Assembly (NCBI GenBank): GCA_041169045.1
Contig: JBEEJU010000154.1
Coordinates: 1 to 51,274, forward strand
Origin: Pseudomonadota bacterium
GTDB taxonomy: Bacteria > Pseudomonadota > Gammaproteobacteria > Methylococcales > Methylomonadaceae
Reading direction: 5' to 3'
DNA length: 51,274 nt
Shown: piece after piece, positions 38,796 to 48,472 of the stretch
How positions within the stretch are numbered: the stretch's first letter is position 1
Layout of the letters: the number at the start of each line of letters is the position of its first letter
Notes under the pieces: model-generated
Seen by the model: only the letters and a program-made list of their open reading frames with translations
Told to the model about the DNA's origin: nothing
Database searches by the model: none
Program-made: the position numbers and the translations under genes

Positions 38796-39011
38796 TGGTA
38801 AAAGAGACGCTAAAGCTGCATAGACTTTATGGAATTCATTACCAAAAGAATATCAGGAATACGTTGCATCAGAGGGTATCTCGTTTAGTTAGAAAAACAC
38901 TTTCTTTTTCTAAAAAAATAGAAAATCATATTGGCTCTATTTGGTGTTTTATTCATAATTATAATGCTTCTTTTCAAATATAATTTTTTTCATTTATATT
39001 GCATGATTACC
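38796..39011 (+). mobile_element. IS1-family-derived remnant or MITE (shorter relative of the 12040-12570 element)
   Basis: 38861-39011 is near-identical to 12421-12570, including the right inverted repeat TTGCATGATTACC (38999-39011). 38838-38858 matches 12282-12302 (CCAAAAGAATATCAGGAA). The left boundary is uncertain, with only GGTA at 38796-38799 resembling the left IR. Confidence 0.65.
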
Positions 39012-40301
39012 TGAAGCCGCCATTCTAGTACCTGTAGGAGCATATTCTTTAAAATAACTGTGAATACCTTTAAAAACAGCATCGGCAATTTTTTGTTGAT
39101 GTTGTTGATCGACGAGTTCTAATTCTTCATCAGGATTAGAAATAAAAGCAGTTTCAATTAAGATAGAAGGAATATCTGGAGATTTTAATACCATAAAATT
39201 GGCTTTTTGCACTTCATTTTTATGTAATTTGCCAATCGCATTAAAATATTGCAAAATTTTATTCGCCACACTACGACTGGCTTCTTTAGTTGCTGATTGA
39301 GATAAATCCAATAATACTGAGGCTAAAATATCATCTTTATCACCTAAACTGACCCCACCCATTAAATCCGAAGCATTTTCGCTATTCGCTAACCACCGCG
39401 CGGCTTCGCTAGAAGCACCCGTATTCGATAACATATAAACTGAAGCTCCTTTAACGCTGCTGTCATTAATTGCATCCGCATGAATTGAGACAAATAAATC
39501 GGCTTTTGCTTGACGCGCAATTTCCATGCGATCGCGTAATTTAATATAGTAATCGCCTTTACGCACCATCACCGCACGCATTCCAGATTGATTATTAATA
39601 ATTTGTTCTAAACGTTGTGCAATAGCGAATACGACATTTTTTTCTTGCGTACCATTTGTTCCTTGCGCCCCTACGTCATTTCCTCCATGTCCAGCATCAA
39701 TCGCAATGACAATTTCATGTTGTTTTTTGAATAAATCTTTAGCGGTTAATTGATGAGCAAATGCCCAAGTTAAATCATTCTTTTTATGATGCGCAATCGG
39801 AGTTGATTTTACGGGAGTGGATTCAATTTTTTTAGCAATCATCGCTGGCGCAATCATTGGTTGAATTTCCGGTTTAGGCGATTCAAGATGGCGAATCATT
39901 TGACTAGGCGTATTAATCGAAATTAATAATTGATTGGGTTGATTGTTATTGGTAATGACTTGAATATCTTTAGCGGTAAAAGCTTTTTTTAAATCGACAA
40001 CAATGCGTAAATCATTTTGATGACGTTGCGCACTGCGTATTCTTAAAAATAAAGGATGATTCGATGGCGGTTGCGTTAATGGATGGGTTAATTGCGTTTG
40101 TTTAAAATCCAAAACTAATCGATTGGGATTTTTTAATAAAAATAAACCATGACTCACCGTATTAGGTGTTTTAAAAATCAATCGTGAATATTGAGCATCC
40201 TGAGTAAATTGTAATCCATTGATTTGTGAAGCGGTTGCTATTGTAGTTGCGGTGAATAAAGAGGCTGCCAACAACCAGCCCAATTTGTCAAAAACAGACA
40301 T
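38994..40301 (-). CDS. N-acetylmuramoyl-L-alanine amidase (AmiB/AmiC type with N-terminal AMIN domain)
   Basis: Signal peptide, an AMIN-like domain (RLVLDF..., LRIVVDL), and an amidase_3 domain (IAIDAGHGGND.G..G, SIHADA, ETAFISN). Located downstream of tsaE, as in E. coli tsaE-amiB. Confidence 0.8.
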   Translation of the reverse strand: MSVFDKLGWLLAASLFTATTIATASQINGLQFTQDAQYSRLIFKTPNTVSHGLFLLKNPNRLVLDFKQTQLTHPLTQPPSNHPLFLRIRSAQRHQNDLRIVVDLKKAFTAKDIQVITNNNQPNQLLISINTPSQMIRHLESPKPEIQPMIAPAMIAKKIESTPVKSTPIAHHKKNDLTWAFAHQLTAKDLFKKQHEIVIAIDAGHGGNDVGAQGTNGTQEKNVVFAIAQRLEQIINNQSGMRAVMVRKGDYYIKLRDRMEIARQAKADLFVSIHADAINDSSVKGASVYMLSNTGASSEAARWLANSENASDLMGGVSLGDKDDILASVLLDLSQSATKEASRSVANKILQYFNAIGKLHKNEVQKANFMVLKSPDIPSILIETAFISNPDEELELVDQQHQQKIADAVFKGIHSYFKEYAPTGTRMAASGNHAI

Positions 40302-40380
40302 TATTTTTCCTAAAAAAAAATGATAATCACTATTTAAGTTAAATTATATCAATAAGTCTTTGTTTTTCCACTGAAGCGGT

Positions 40381-40833
40381 TTAAGAATTTTTTAGCCACT
40401 GAAAATGTGACTCCAAGCGTAATTCACGTCCTTGCGGATGTAGCTGTAGATAAATTTCTACATCAGCTTGAGGCAAGTAACCATAACCTCGTTCAGCCCA
40501 TTCAATCAAACATAAGGTGTTGCTGGCAAAATAATCCCGAATGCCTAACCATTCCAATTCTTCAGCTTCCACCAAGCGATATAAATCAAAATGAAAAATA
40601 TCGCGTTGTTGCAGATGATAATTTTCTACCACCGTAAAAGTTGGACTTTTGACCGCGCCGTTATGACCTGCGGCACGCAATAATCCACGCACTATAGTCG
40701 TTTTACCACTGCCCAATTCGCCATGTAAAAAAATAACGCCGGTTTTAGGGAATTGAGTCCATAACCAAGCTCCAAAAGATTCAGTTTCCATTTCATTTTT
40801 TAATAGCATAGTTAACTCTTTACGTAATTGCAT
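40381..40833 (-). CDS. tsaE: tRNA threonylcarbamoyladenosine biosynthesis protein TsaE
   Basis: P-loop HGELGSGKTT, SPTFT and HFDLYRL motifs. The start could be the internal Met at codon 9. Confidence 0.8.
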   Translation of the reverse strand: MQLRKELTMLLKNEMETESFGAWLWTQFPKTGVIFLHGELGSGKTTIVRGLLRAAGHNGAVKSPTFTVVENYHLQQRDIFHFDLYRLVEAEELEWLGIRDYFASNTLCLIEWAERGYGYLPQADVEIYLQLHPQGRELRLESHFQWLKNS

Positions 40834-40919
40834 TTTTTATTTAGTTGTTTATGTTAAAATTAACTTAATTATTTTATAATTTTTTCAATAATTTAGAAAT
40901 TTTCATTTCAAATAATTAT

Positions 40920-41912
40920 ATGATTATTCAATCCACATTTAAACCCGCTTGGTGGTTAAAAAATCCACATTTACAAACCATTTATCCCACATTGTGTCGT
41001 CGAGTTTCTCCGGTACCGCCGTTACAAATCGAATCTTTAATCACGGAAGATCAAGATGTTTTAGAGATTGTCCATTGTGGAAATAAATCTGCGCCAATTA
41101 TTTTATTATTACATGGGTTAGCGGGTAATTCGCAATCAATTTATATTCAAGGATTACAAGCCGCTTTATACCAAAATGGATTACGCAGTATGAGTTTAAA
41201 TTTTCGCGGCTGTTATTCACCCAATCGTACTGCGCTTTGTTATCATCTTGGAGAAATTAACGATATTCATTTTTTATATCAACAATTACGTCAACGTGAA
41301 CCTAATACACCGATTGCAGCAATTGGTTTTTCTTTAGGTGGTAGTGTATTATTAAATTGGTTAAGTCAATGTAATTCGGTAGAATTATTCGCCGCGATTG
41401 CCATTTCAGTGCCTTATCAATTAGCGATATGTAGCACTCAATTAGACCAAGGATTTGCTAAATTATATCGTTGCTATTTATTATCAGAATTAAAAAAATA
41501 TATGCGTAATAAACAGCGTTATTTAAAAAGTATTCAAGCGGAAAAAGAATTAACTATTTTAAAACAATTAGGCGATTTGAATAAAGTGTATTCTTTTTGG
41601 GATTATGATAATCGAGTCGCGGCTAAATTATATCATTTTGTCGATGTGCATGATTATTATCAACAGTGTAGTAGTCGATTTAAATTAAAATCTATTCAAA
41701 TACCAACGTTATTAATTCAGGCATTAGACGATCCTTTTATGAATTCTGCCGTAATTCCACGCGCTGAAGAATTGTCTTCAAGTACGGTTTTGGAATATAG
41801 CGAATTCGGAGGACATGTTGGCTTTGTGAGTGGTGATTTGCCCACTCAACCGCACTATTGGTTAGAGTCGAGAATTTTAACTTTTTTACAACAGCATTTA
41901 CCGAATCCATAG
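40920..41912 (+). CDS. Alpha/beta hydrolase, YheT-like
   Basis: 330 aa. HGLAGNS, the nucleophile elbow GFSLGG and a C-terminal GGHVGF are as in the YheT/ABHD1-3 family. Confidence 0.7.
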   Translation: MIIQSTFKPAWWLKNPHLQTIYPTLCRRVSPVPPLQIESLITEDQDVLEIVHCGNKSAPIILLLHGLAGNSQSIYIQGLQAALYQNGLRSMSLNFRGCYSPNRTALCYHLGEINDIHFLYQQLRQREPNTPIAAIGFSLGGSVLLNWLSQCNSVELFAAIAISVPYQLAICSTQLDQGFAKLYRCYLLSELKKYMRNKQRYLKSIQAEKELTILKQLGDLNKVYSFWDYDNRVAAKLYHFVDVHDYYQQCSSRFKLKSIQIPTLLIQALDDPFMNSAVIPRAEELSSSTVLEYSEFGGHVGFVSGDLPTQPHYWLESRILTFLQQHLPNP

Positions 41913-41966
41913 CATCTTGCTACAGAATTCATTATGATAGGCGATGTTGTATTATTTTTTAACTGA

Positions 41967-42314
<348 letters not shown>

Positions 42315-42334
42315 TTTCAGGGTCAGGATTAGAC

Positions 42335-43630
42335 ATGTGGACACTGAATAAAAAAATCGCGCTAGGTTTGGGATTATTATTGCCACAATGGGTGATGGCA
42401 GCAGAACTCAATGCCGCGAATACCGCATGGGTATTGACTTCAACGGCATTAGTTTTATTTATGACCCTGCCCGGATTATCCTTATTTTATGGGGGATTGG
42501 TTCGTAGTAAAAACGTATTGTCGATATTAATGCAATGTTTTTCGATTACTTGTTTAGTTTCGATTTTATGGTTAGCGGGAATTTACAGCTTAATTTTTAG
42601 TGAGGGCGGCAATTGGCAAGCGATTATCGGTGGCTTATCAAAATGTTTTATTCCACAAATGACGATTCAGAATTTAACCGGAGATATTCCTGAAGCGGCA
42701 TTTTTTATGTTTCAACTGACTTTCGCCATTATTACTCCTGCTTTAATTGTGGGAGCTTTTGCCGAGCGGATGAAATTTTCCTCAATGTTATGGTTTAGCG
42801 GTTTATGGTTAATTCTGGTTTATATGCCGATTTGTCATTGGATTTGGGGAGGTGGCTGGTTACAATCATTAGGCGTACGCGATTTTGCCGGCGGGATTGT
42901 AATTCATGTGAATGCCGGAATTGCTGCTTTAGTCTCAGCCTTAGTTTTAGGGCGACGCAAAGGTTTTCCAACCGTAAGTATGCCGCCACACAACATGACT
43001 ATGGTTGTCACCGGTGCTGGCATGTTGTGGGTAGGATGGTTTGGTTTTAATGCAGGTAGTGCGTTAAAAGCTGACGGAAGTGCCGCAATGACTTTATTAG
43101 TCACACACATTGCCGCTGCCTCTGGTTCTTTAGTGTGGATGATTATTGAATGGCGACGCTTTAAACGTCCTAGCGTATTAGGTATTGCTACTGGAATGGT
43201 CGCCGGATTAGGCACGATTACTCCTGCTTCGGGATTTGTTGGACCTTTAGGTGGTTTAATTATCGGCGGATTAGCCGGAGGCGTGTGTTTTTATGCAACT
43301 CAATATATTAAACGAGTCTTAGTGATTGATGATTCATTAGACGTTTTTCCGGTTCATGGAGTCGGAGGCATTATGGGATCATTATTAACCGCAATTTTTT
43401 CTGATCGCAGTTTAGGCGGTATTGGATTAGATGAAGGTATTACGATTGGACATCAATTAGGAGTACAAGCTTTAGCGGTTATAATTACGATTATTTGGAG
43501 CGGTATTTTTAGTTATCTTATTTTAATCGCAATTAATAAAATGTTAGGTTTACGAGTGACTCAAGATGAGGAAGTTGAAGGTTTAGATATTGTGTTACAT
43601 GAAGAAACTGGTTATCACAAATTGAATTAA
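42335..43630 (+). CDS. amtB: Ammonium transporter
   Basis: Signal peptide followed by 11 TM segments, with the Amt signature FAGG.VIH..AG and the twin-His context VHGVGG. Confidence 0.9.
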   Translation: MWTLNKKIALGLGLLLPQWVMAAELNAANTAWVLTSTALVLFMTLPGLSLFYGGLVRSKNVLSILMQCFSITCLVSILWLAGIYSLIFSEGGNWQAIIGGLSKCFIPQMTIQNLTGDIPEAAFFMFQLTFAIITPALIVGAFAERMKFSSMLWFSGLWLILVYMPICHWIWGGGWLQSLGVRDFAGGIVIHVNAGIAALVSALVLGRRKGFPTVSMPPHNMTMVVTGAGMLWVGWFGFNAGSALKADGSAAMTLLVTHIAAASGSLVWMIIEWRRFKRPSVLGIATGMVAGLGTITPASGFVGPLGGLIIGGLAGGVCFYATQYIKRVLVIDDSLDVFPVHGVGGIMGSLLTAIFSDRSLGGIGLDEGITIGHQLGVQALAVIITIIWSGIFSYLILIAINKMLGLRVTQDEEVEGLDIVLHEETGYHKLN

Positions 43631-43693
43631 AAATTTTAATTTGATAAATTAAATTTGATAAATTAATCTTCCAAGTATTTTAGTTGAAATAGA

Positions 43694-43793
43694 TAAGTTA
43701 TCAGATATTCCTATTTTAAAATCCTCTCTAATTCCCCCTTTATTAAAGCGGGCTAGGGGGATTTAGCAATAGCCGATAATTTTCGATTAATTA
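43694..43793 (+). repeat. MITE-like repeat, copy A
   Basis: Left arm TTATCAGATATTCCTATTTTAAAAT. Central imperfect hairpin TAATTCCCCC (43729-43738) / GGGGGATTTA (43756-43765). Right arm GATTTAGCAATAGCCGATAATTTTCGATTAATT. Confidence 0.75.
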
Positions 43794-43841
43794 GTTACAA
43801 CATTTTTAAATCAAAAAGCTAGTTTCATTTCATTTCAAATC

Positions 43842-43886
43842 GTAGAGACGTTGTAATACAACGTCTCTACACAATTTCAATATCGC
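43842..43886 (-). repeat. REP-like element copy 2 (reverse orientation of the 9483-9527 copy)
   Basis: GTAGAGACGTTG-TAATA-CAACGTCTCTAC is followed by ACAATTTCAATATCGC. The stem and 16-nt flank are identical to copy 1, and only the loop differs. Confidence 0.8.
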
Positions 43887-43925
43887 TTAGTTAATTATGT
43901 TGAATTAATAGTAAGTAAAAATACT

Positions 43926-44016
43926 TAAATTATTAGATATTCCTATTTTGAACTCTCCCTCCTTTATTAAAAGAGGCTAAGGGAATTTAACAATACCCAA
44001 TAATTTTCGATTAATG
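43926..44016 (+). repeat. MITE-like repeat, copy B
   Basis: Left arm TTATTAGATATTCCTATTTTGAACT. The centre is shorter. Right arm AATTTAACAATACCCAATAATTTTCGATTAATG. Ends 25 nt before the lptG stop. Confidence 0.7.
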
Positions 44017-44040
44017 ACTTATTTTCTAAAATTCAATAAT

Positions 44041-45108
44041 TTATCGTAAACGCTGAATTGCAATTCCTGCGCCAATTAATACTAAACTACTCGGTAATAA
44101 CGCCATCATTATCGGATTCAAATAATAAACAATACCTAAATGGCTAATGATTTGATCGATAATATTAAAACTTAATCCTAAAACAATTCCAATAATTAAT
44201 CTTCCGCCAATACTAGTATCACGTTTAATACCAATCATAAATGGTGCCGACACTAATAACATGGATAAAGTCACTAATGGATTAACAATCCTACTCCAAA
44301 AAGCCGCTTCAAAAACTTGCGATTTTTGATTATTGCGTTTTAAAAATTGAATATATTTATATAATTCTATAGAAGATAAATTAGCAGTAGTTACCACTAC
44401 AATATCGACTAAATCGGGTGCAATTGAAGTTTGCCATAATTGTTGAGAAAATTTTTCAGTATGACTATAACGATTAAATAAATGTGTTTTATCTAATTGT
44501 TGTAATTGCCATTGATTTTGTCCAATAAATTGTCCTTGTTCTGCATGAGTAACCGCAGTTAAATGATAATGCTCATCTAAATGATAAAAACTCAAATCAT
44601 TTAATTCCGATTTTTCTGCAATTTGACGGACATTAATAAAATCATTGCCTTCGCGTAACCATAACCCATATTTTGCTTTCATCATCACCCGATTATTTTG
44701 CGCAGTGGTTTTTAATAATTGTGCCGCGCGTTCTGTTTTAGGTGCAATCCATTCGCCTACGATTAATGAAATAAAAATTAAAATAATTCCAGCCATTAAT
44801 ACGCTACGAATAATCCAAAAAATCGATAAACCACCGGCGCGTAACGCAACAATTTCTCTATGATTTGCCATTGCCCCTAAAACAAAAATACTGCCAATTA
44901 AGGCGGAGGAAGGCATTAAAGTATGTAAAACGCTAGGCGTGCTTAAAGTTAAATACCAAAAAATCTGCATTAAATCATAACTGCCTTTACCTAAATCTTT
45001 TAATTCATCAGTTAATGAAAATAAATTCACTAAAGTTACTAATAAAATTAACGCAAATAACGAACCTTTAACAATTTCACGAATTAAATAAAATCTAATA
45101 ATAGTCAT
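44041..45108 (-). CDS. lptG: LPS export ABC transporter permease LptG
   Basis: 355 aa beginning MTIIRFYLIREI..., with six TM segments and a large periplasmic loop. Overlaps the lptF stop by 1 nt. Confidence 0.85.
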   Translation of the reverse strand: MTIIRFYLIREIVKGSLFALILLVTLVNLFSLTDELKDLGKGSYDLMQIFWYLTLSTPSVLHTLMPSSALIGSIFVLGAMANHREIVALRAGGLSIFWIIRSVLMAGIILIFISLIVGEWIAPKTERAAQLLKTTAQNNRVMMKAKYGLWLREGNDFINVRQIAEKSELNDLSFYHLDEHYHLTAVTHAEQGQFIGQNQWQLQQLDKTHLFNRYSHTEKFSQQLWQTSIAPDLVDIVVVTTANLSSIELYKYIQFLKRNNQKSQVFEAAFWSRIVNPLVTLSMLLVSAPFMIGIKRDTSIGGRLIIGIVLGLSFNIIDQIISHLGIVYYLNPIMMALLPSSLVLIGAGIAIQRLR

Positions 45109-46265
45109 TAGGCTTTTCCTAAAAATCTAAGCATCATCCAATGAAAACCGTATAAACGAATTAACAAAACAAGGGTTAATAATGACAATAATAAATACAC
45201 ACCAATGTATCCCCAAATCACGCTAATTGATTGATGTAATACCCAGCTATAACTGATTTGTTGCATATTACCGTAAATAAAATAAATTAAAAACGCAAAT
45301 AATAAACTGCCATATACCCCGCCTCTAGGTGAAAGTTTAGCTAATGGTAAGGCTAAAAAACTTAAAAATATAATCCCTAAAGGGGTGGCAAATCGTCTTT
45401 GTAATTCAACTTGATCATTTAAATTATCAGAGTGCCATAATTCTGTGGTATCAATCGCTTCAATATTATAATGAATTGGGCTGGTTTTTTTATCAATTCT
45501 AACCGCATATTCTTTAAAAGTTTCTAAAATAAATTCATGTTGCCCGGGAATACCTTGACTGCGCTCACCGTTAGTTAATACCACATATTTTCCCGTAGGT
45601 AATTCTTTTAATAAACCATATTCAGCATTAATCGTATTCGGTTTTCCATGTTGCCGATCTTGAATAAAAATATGCCGCATTCGTAATTGTGCATCAATCG
45701 ATTCAGTATAAAAAACTAAATCTCCATGACTATATTCAGTAAATCTACCGGCAGCAATTCCGCGTAAATCCGCCGTTTCCATATCTTTACTGGTTAATAA
45801 TAAAGACTGCTGTTCTGCCCAAGGCGCAGCATAAAAAGATAAGCCTGTCGTGATTAAACTCAAAGGAAAAATTAACCAAAATATCGCACGATATAATCGA
45901 CTCGATCCTCCGCCGGCGGAAGCAATCGCTGACATTTCTTGATTGGTATACATTCGCCCAAAAACCATTAAAATAGCGATAAAAACTGAGGCGGGTAAAA
46001 AATTGACCGTAATAACAATTGTTTTTAAAGCTAATAAATCAATTGCTGTTGAACCCGAAATCGTTCCTTCAATCGCTAAATTTAAAATTTTAATAAATTT
46101 TCGACTTGCTATAATAATCACTAAAATAGAAAGCACCGCTATTAATGTTTTTAATAATTCAGTGGCAATTAATTTATCCAAAACACTGAAAAAACGATAA
46201 CTGATCAAAGATCGCTCAGATGGTTTAGATAAAGATAAATTTTTTTTTTCGGTTAAGTCATTCAT
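45108..46265 (-). CDS. lptF: LPS export ABC transporter permease LptF
   Basis: 385 aa with the YjgP/YjgQ family architecture. Divergent from pepA, as in E. coli. The N-terminal ~25 aa are atypical, so the true start is uncertain. Confidence 0.8.
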   Translation of the reverse strand: MNDLTEKKNLSLSKPSERSLISYRFFSVLDKLIATELLKTLIAVLSILVIIIASRKFIKILNLAIEGTISGSTAIDLLALKTIVITVNFLPASVFIAILMVFGRMYTNQEMSAIASAGGGSSRLYRAIFWLIFPLSLITTGLSFYAAPWAEQQSLLLTSKDMETADLRGIAAGRFTEYSHGDLVFYTESIDAQLRMRHIFIQDRQHGKPNTINAEYGLLKELPTGKYVVLTNGERSQGIPGQHEFILETFKEYAVRIDKKTSPIHYNIEAIDTTELWHSDNLNDQVELQRRFATPLGIIFLSFLALPLAKLSPRGGVYGSLLFAFLIYFIYGNMQQISYSWVLHQSISVIWGYIGVYLLLSLLTLVLLIRLYGFHWMMLRFLGKA

Positions 46266-46468
46266 TTAAAATCAATTTCACTGCTAAAATACCAATTGAA
46301 TGCAAAAAGCAAGCATCAACCTTGATGCCAAAATGGGTGTATTCTGCTATTTTTGATCCGCATCAATACTAAAGAGTATTGAATCCATTTCCTAGATCGG
46401 TCGGGCTTAATCTAATATCTATAGACCGGTTTTCATTTTTAATTACTCAACCTATTTTTATAAAAATT

Positions 46469-47956
46469 ATGGACTATTTCATTGATCATGCTGGACTCGA
46501 ATCATTAACAACCGATTGTATCATTGTTGGTATCTATACTCAGCAGCAATTGACCCCTAGTGCGACAAGGATTGATCAACAGACTCATCAATTGATCAGC
46601 AATTTGATCGCGCGCGCCGATATTAAAGGCAAAAATAGCGAAACCTTGCTAGTGCCGGTGGTTCCAGATAGCCAAATACAACGGATTCTGATTGTTGGTT
46701 TAGGGGATAGCGATAAATGTACTGCCAAACTGTATCGTAAAGCCTTAGCAGCGGCGATTAAAGTGTTAAAAGATAAACAACTTAACACTATTCATTGTAC
46801 TTTGGCTGAAATCGATTTAAAAAATGTCGCTTGGGATTGGAAAGTCCGACAACTGGTTGAAGTGTTTAATGATCATTTATATCGATATAGCGAAACTAAA
46901 TCGATTAAACCAGAAGCTTTAACCTTACAACGTATCGGTATTTCAGTACAGGATAGCGCGATTGCATTGGCTACACGAGGGTTGACCCAAGGATTAGCGA
47001 TTGCGCAAGCGATTGAATGGACAAAATATATCGCTGATTTACCGGCAAATATTTGTACCCCTAGTTATTTAGCAACTCAAGCGCAACAATTAGCGAAACA
47101 ACACACCAATCTACAAGTTGATATTGTTGAAGAAGCCGAAATGCAAACCTTAGGAATGGGCGCGTTATTATCGGTGTCCAGAGGCAGTCGTCAGCCGGCA
47201 AAACTGATTTGTTTAAATTATCAAGGGACTGATCAGCAAACTAAACCGATTGTTTTAGTGGGAAAAGGGTTGACTTTTGATGCGGGCGGAATTTCATTAA
47301 AACCTGCCGCCGGTATGGATGAAATGAAATATGACATGTGTGGCGGCGCGACGGTGTTTGGCGTATTAAAAGCCGCTGCTGATTTACAACTGCCGTTAAA
47401 TATTATCGGTTTAGTGCCTAGTTCAGAAAATTTACCAGATGGCGACGCGAATAAACCCGGCGATATTGTCACCAGTTTATCCGGTAAAACCATTGAAGTG
47501 TTAAATACCGATGCTGAAGGTCGATTATTATTATGCGACACGCTCACATATGCGGAACGTTTCCAACCTGAAGTGATTATTGATATTGCAACTTTAACGG
47601 GAGCTTGTTTAGTGGCTTTAGGACGAGTAGCCAGCGGCTTATTAGGCAATGACGATGAACTTTGTGAGGCTTTAATCGCGGCTGGAGAAACCGCTTGTGA
47701 CAGTGTATGGCGTTTGCCTTTATGGGAAGAATACCAAGAACAATTAAAATCCAATTTTGCCGATTTAGCCAATGTCGGTGGACGTGATGGCGGCACGATT
47801 ACTGCGGCTTGTTTCTTAGCTCGATTTGCCGAAGATTATCGTTGGGCGCATTTGGATGTTGCGGGAACTGCTTGGCGCACTGGTACTCAAAAAGGTGCGA
47901 CTGGTCGTCCTGTGCCATTATTAATGCAATATTTATTGAATCGTAGTTATGACTGA
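46469..47956 (+). CDS. pepA: Leucyl aminopeptidase
   Basis: M17 motifs VGKGLTFDAGGISLKP, NTDAEGRL and ATLTGA. The start is set at ATG 46469 (MDYFIDH...); the ORF track starts at TTG 46379. Confidence 0.9.
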   Translation: MDYFIDHAGLESLTTDCIIVGIYTQQQLTPSATRIDQQTHQLISNLIARADIKGKNSETLLVPVVPDSQIQRILIVGLGDSDKCTAKLYRKALAAAIKVLKDKQLNTIHCTLAEIDLKNVAWDWKVRQLVEVFNDHLYRYSETKSIKPEALTLQRIGISVQDSAIALATRGLTQGLAIAQAIEWTKYIADLPANICTPSYLATQAQQLAKQHTNLQVDIVEEAEMQTLGMGALLSVSRGSRQPAKLICLNYQGTDQQTKPIVLVGKGLTFDAGGISLKPAAGMDEMKYDMCGGATVFGVLKAAADLQLPLNIIGLVPSSENLPDGDANKPGDIVTSLSGKTIEVLNTDAEGRLLLCDTLTYAERFQPEVIIDIATLTGACLVALGRVASGLLGNDDELCEALIAAGETACDSVWRLPLWEEYQEQLKSNFADLANVGGRDGGTITAACFLARFAEDYRWAHLDVAGTAWRTGTQKGATGRPVPLLMQYLLNRSYD

Positions 47957-48380
47957 AGTCAGTTTTTATTTATTATCCACTGAAGCTGAATATCAACGAC
48001 AATTGTTTGCGTGTAAGCTGATTGAAAAAGCTTACCGCAGCGGTTGTTTTTGTGCGATATTGACTGATTCAGAAACTTATAGCCACACTTTCGATGATTT
48101 ATTATGGACATTTCGCCCAAATAGTTTTATTCCGCACGAAATTTATCAAGGGAAAAATCCCAATTTTGCCAATACGGTAATAATTAGTCATTCACAAATT
48201 CCATTAAATTGGCAGAGAGTTATTTTAAATTTATCTAGCACTATTCCACCAGAATTAACACAAACCCAGCGAATATTAGAAATTTTAAATAATCATTCTA
48301 CGGTTAAACAATTCGGCAGACAACGTTATCGACAGTATAAAGAATTGGGATTCACCTTAAATACGCACCAAATCGATTAA
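47949..48380 (+). CDS. holC: DNA polymerase III chi subunit
   Basis: 143 aa. FYLL..., LW...P.SF(I/V)PH and a C-terminal RQRY(R/K).YK..GF.LN, as in HolC. Overlaps the pepA stop by 8 nt. Confidence 0.75.
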   Translation: MTEVSFYLLSTEAEYQRQLFACKLIEKAYRSGCFCAILTDSETYSHTFDDLLWTFRPNSFIPHEIYQGKNPNFANTVIISHSQIPLNWQRVILNLSSTIPPELTQTQRILEILNNHSTVKQFGRQRYRQYKELGFTLNTHQID

Positions 48381-48427
48381 TTATTAAGCGGTGTTTTGAA
48401 AAAAGATAACCGAATCAATCGATCATA

Positions 48428-48462
48428 AAAACCCGTTAGTTTTTGAATAGCTAACGGGTTTT
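48428..48462. terminator. Bidirectional intrinsic terminator between convergent holC and hom
   Basis: AAAACCCGTTAG (48428-48439) pairs perfectly with CTAACGGGTTTT (48451-48462) across an 11-nt loop. The A-tract/T-tract arms suit termination in both directions. Confidence 0.7.
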
Positions 48463-48472
48463 ATCTTCTAAA

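Noticed and set aside
42795-43215. Three short ORFs inside amtB (42795-42989 minus, 42805-43050 plus, 42904-43215 minus)
   Set aside because: amtB is continuous with canonical motifs across this span, so these are out-of-frame or antisense artefacts.
47233-47796. 187-aa ORF antisense to pepA
   Set aside because: It lies entirely inside the well-supported pepA frame, in a locally GC-richer stretch. The product is low complexity (S/P/A/K-rich) with no motif. It is a typical shadow ORF.
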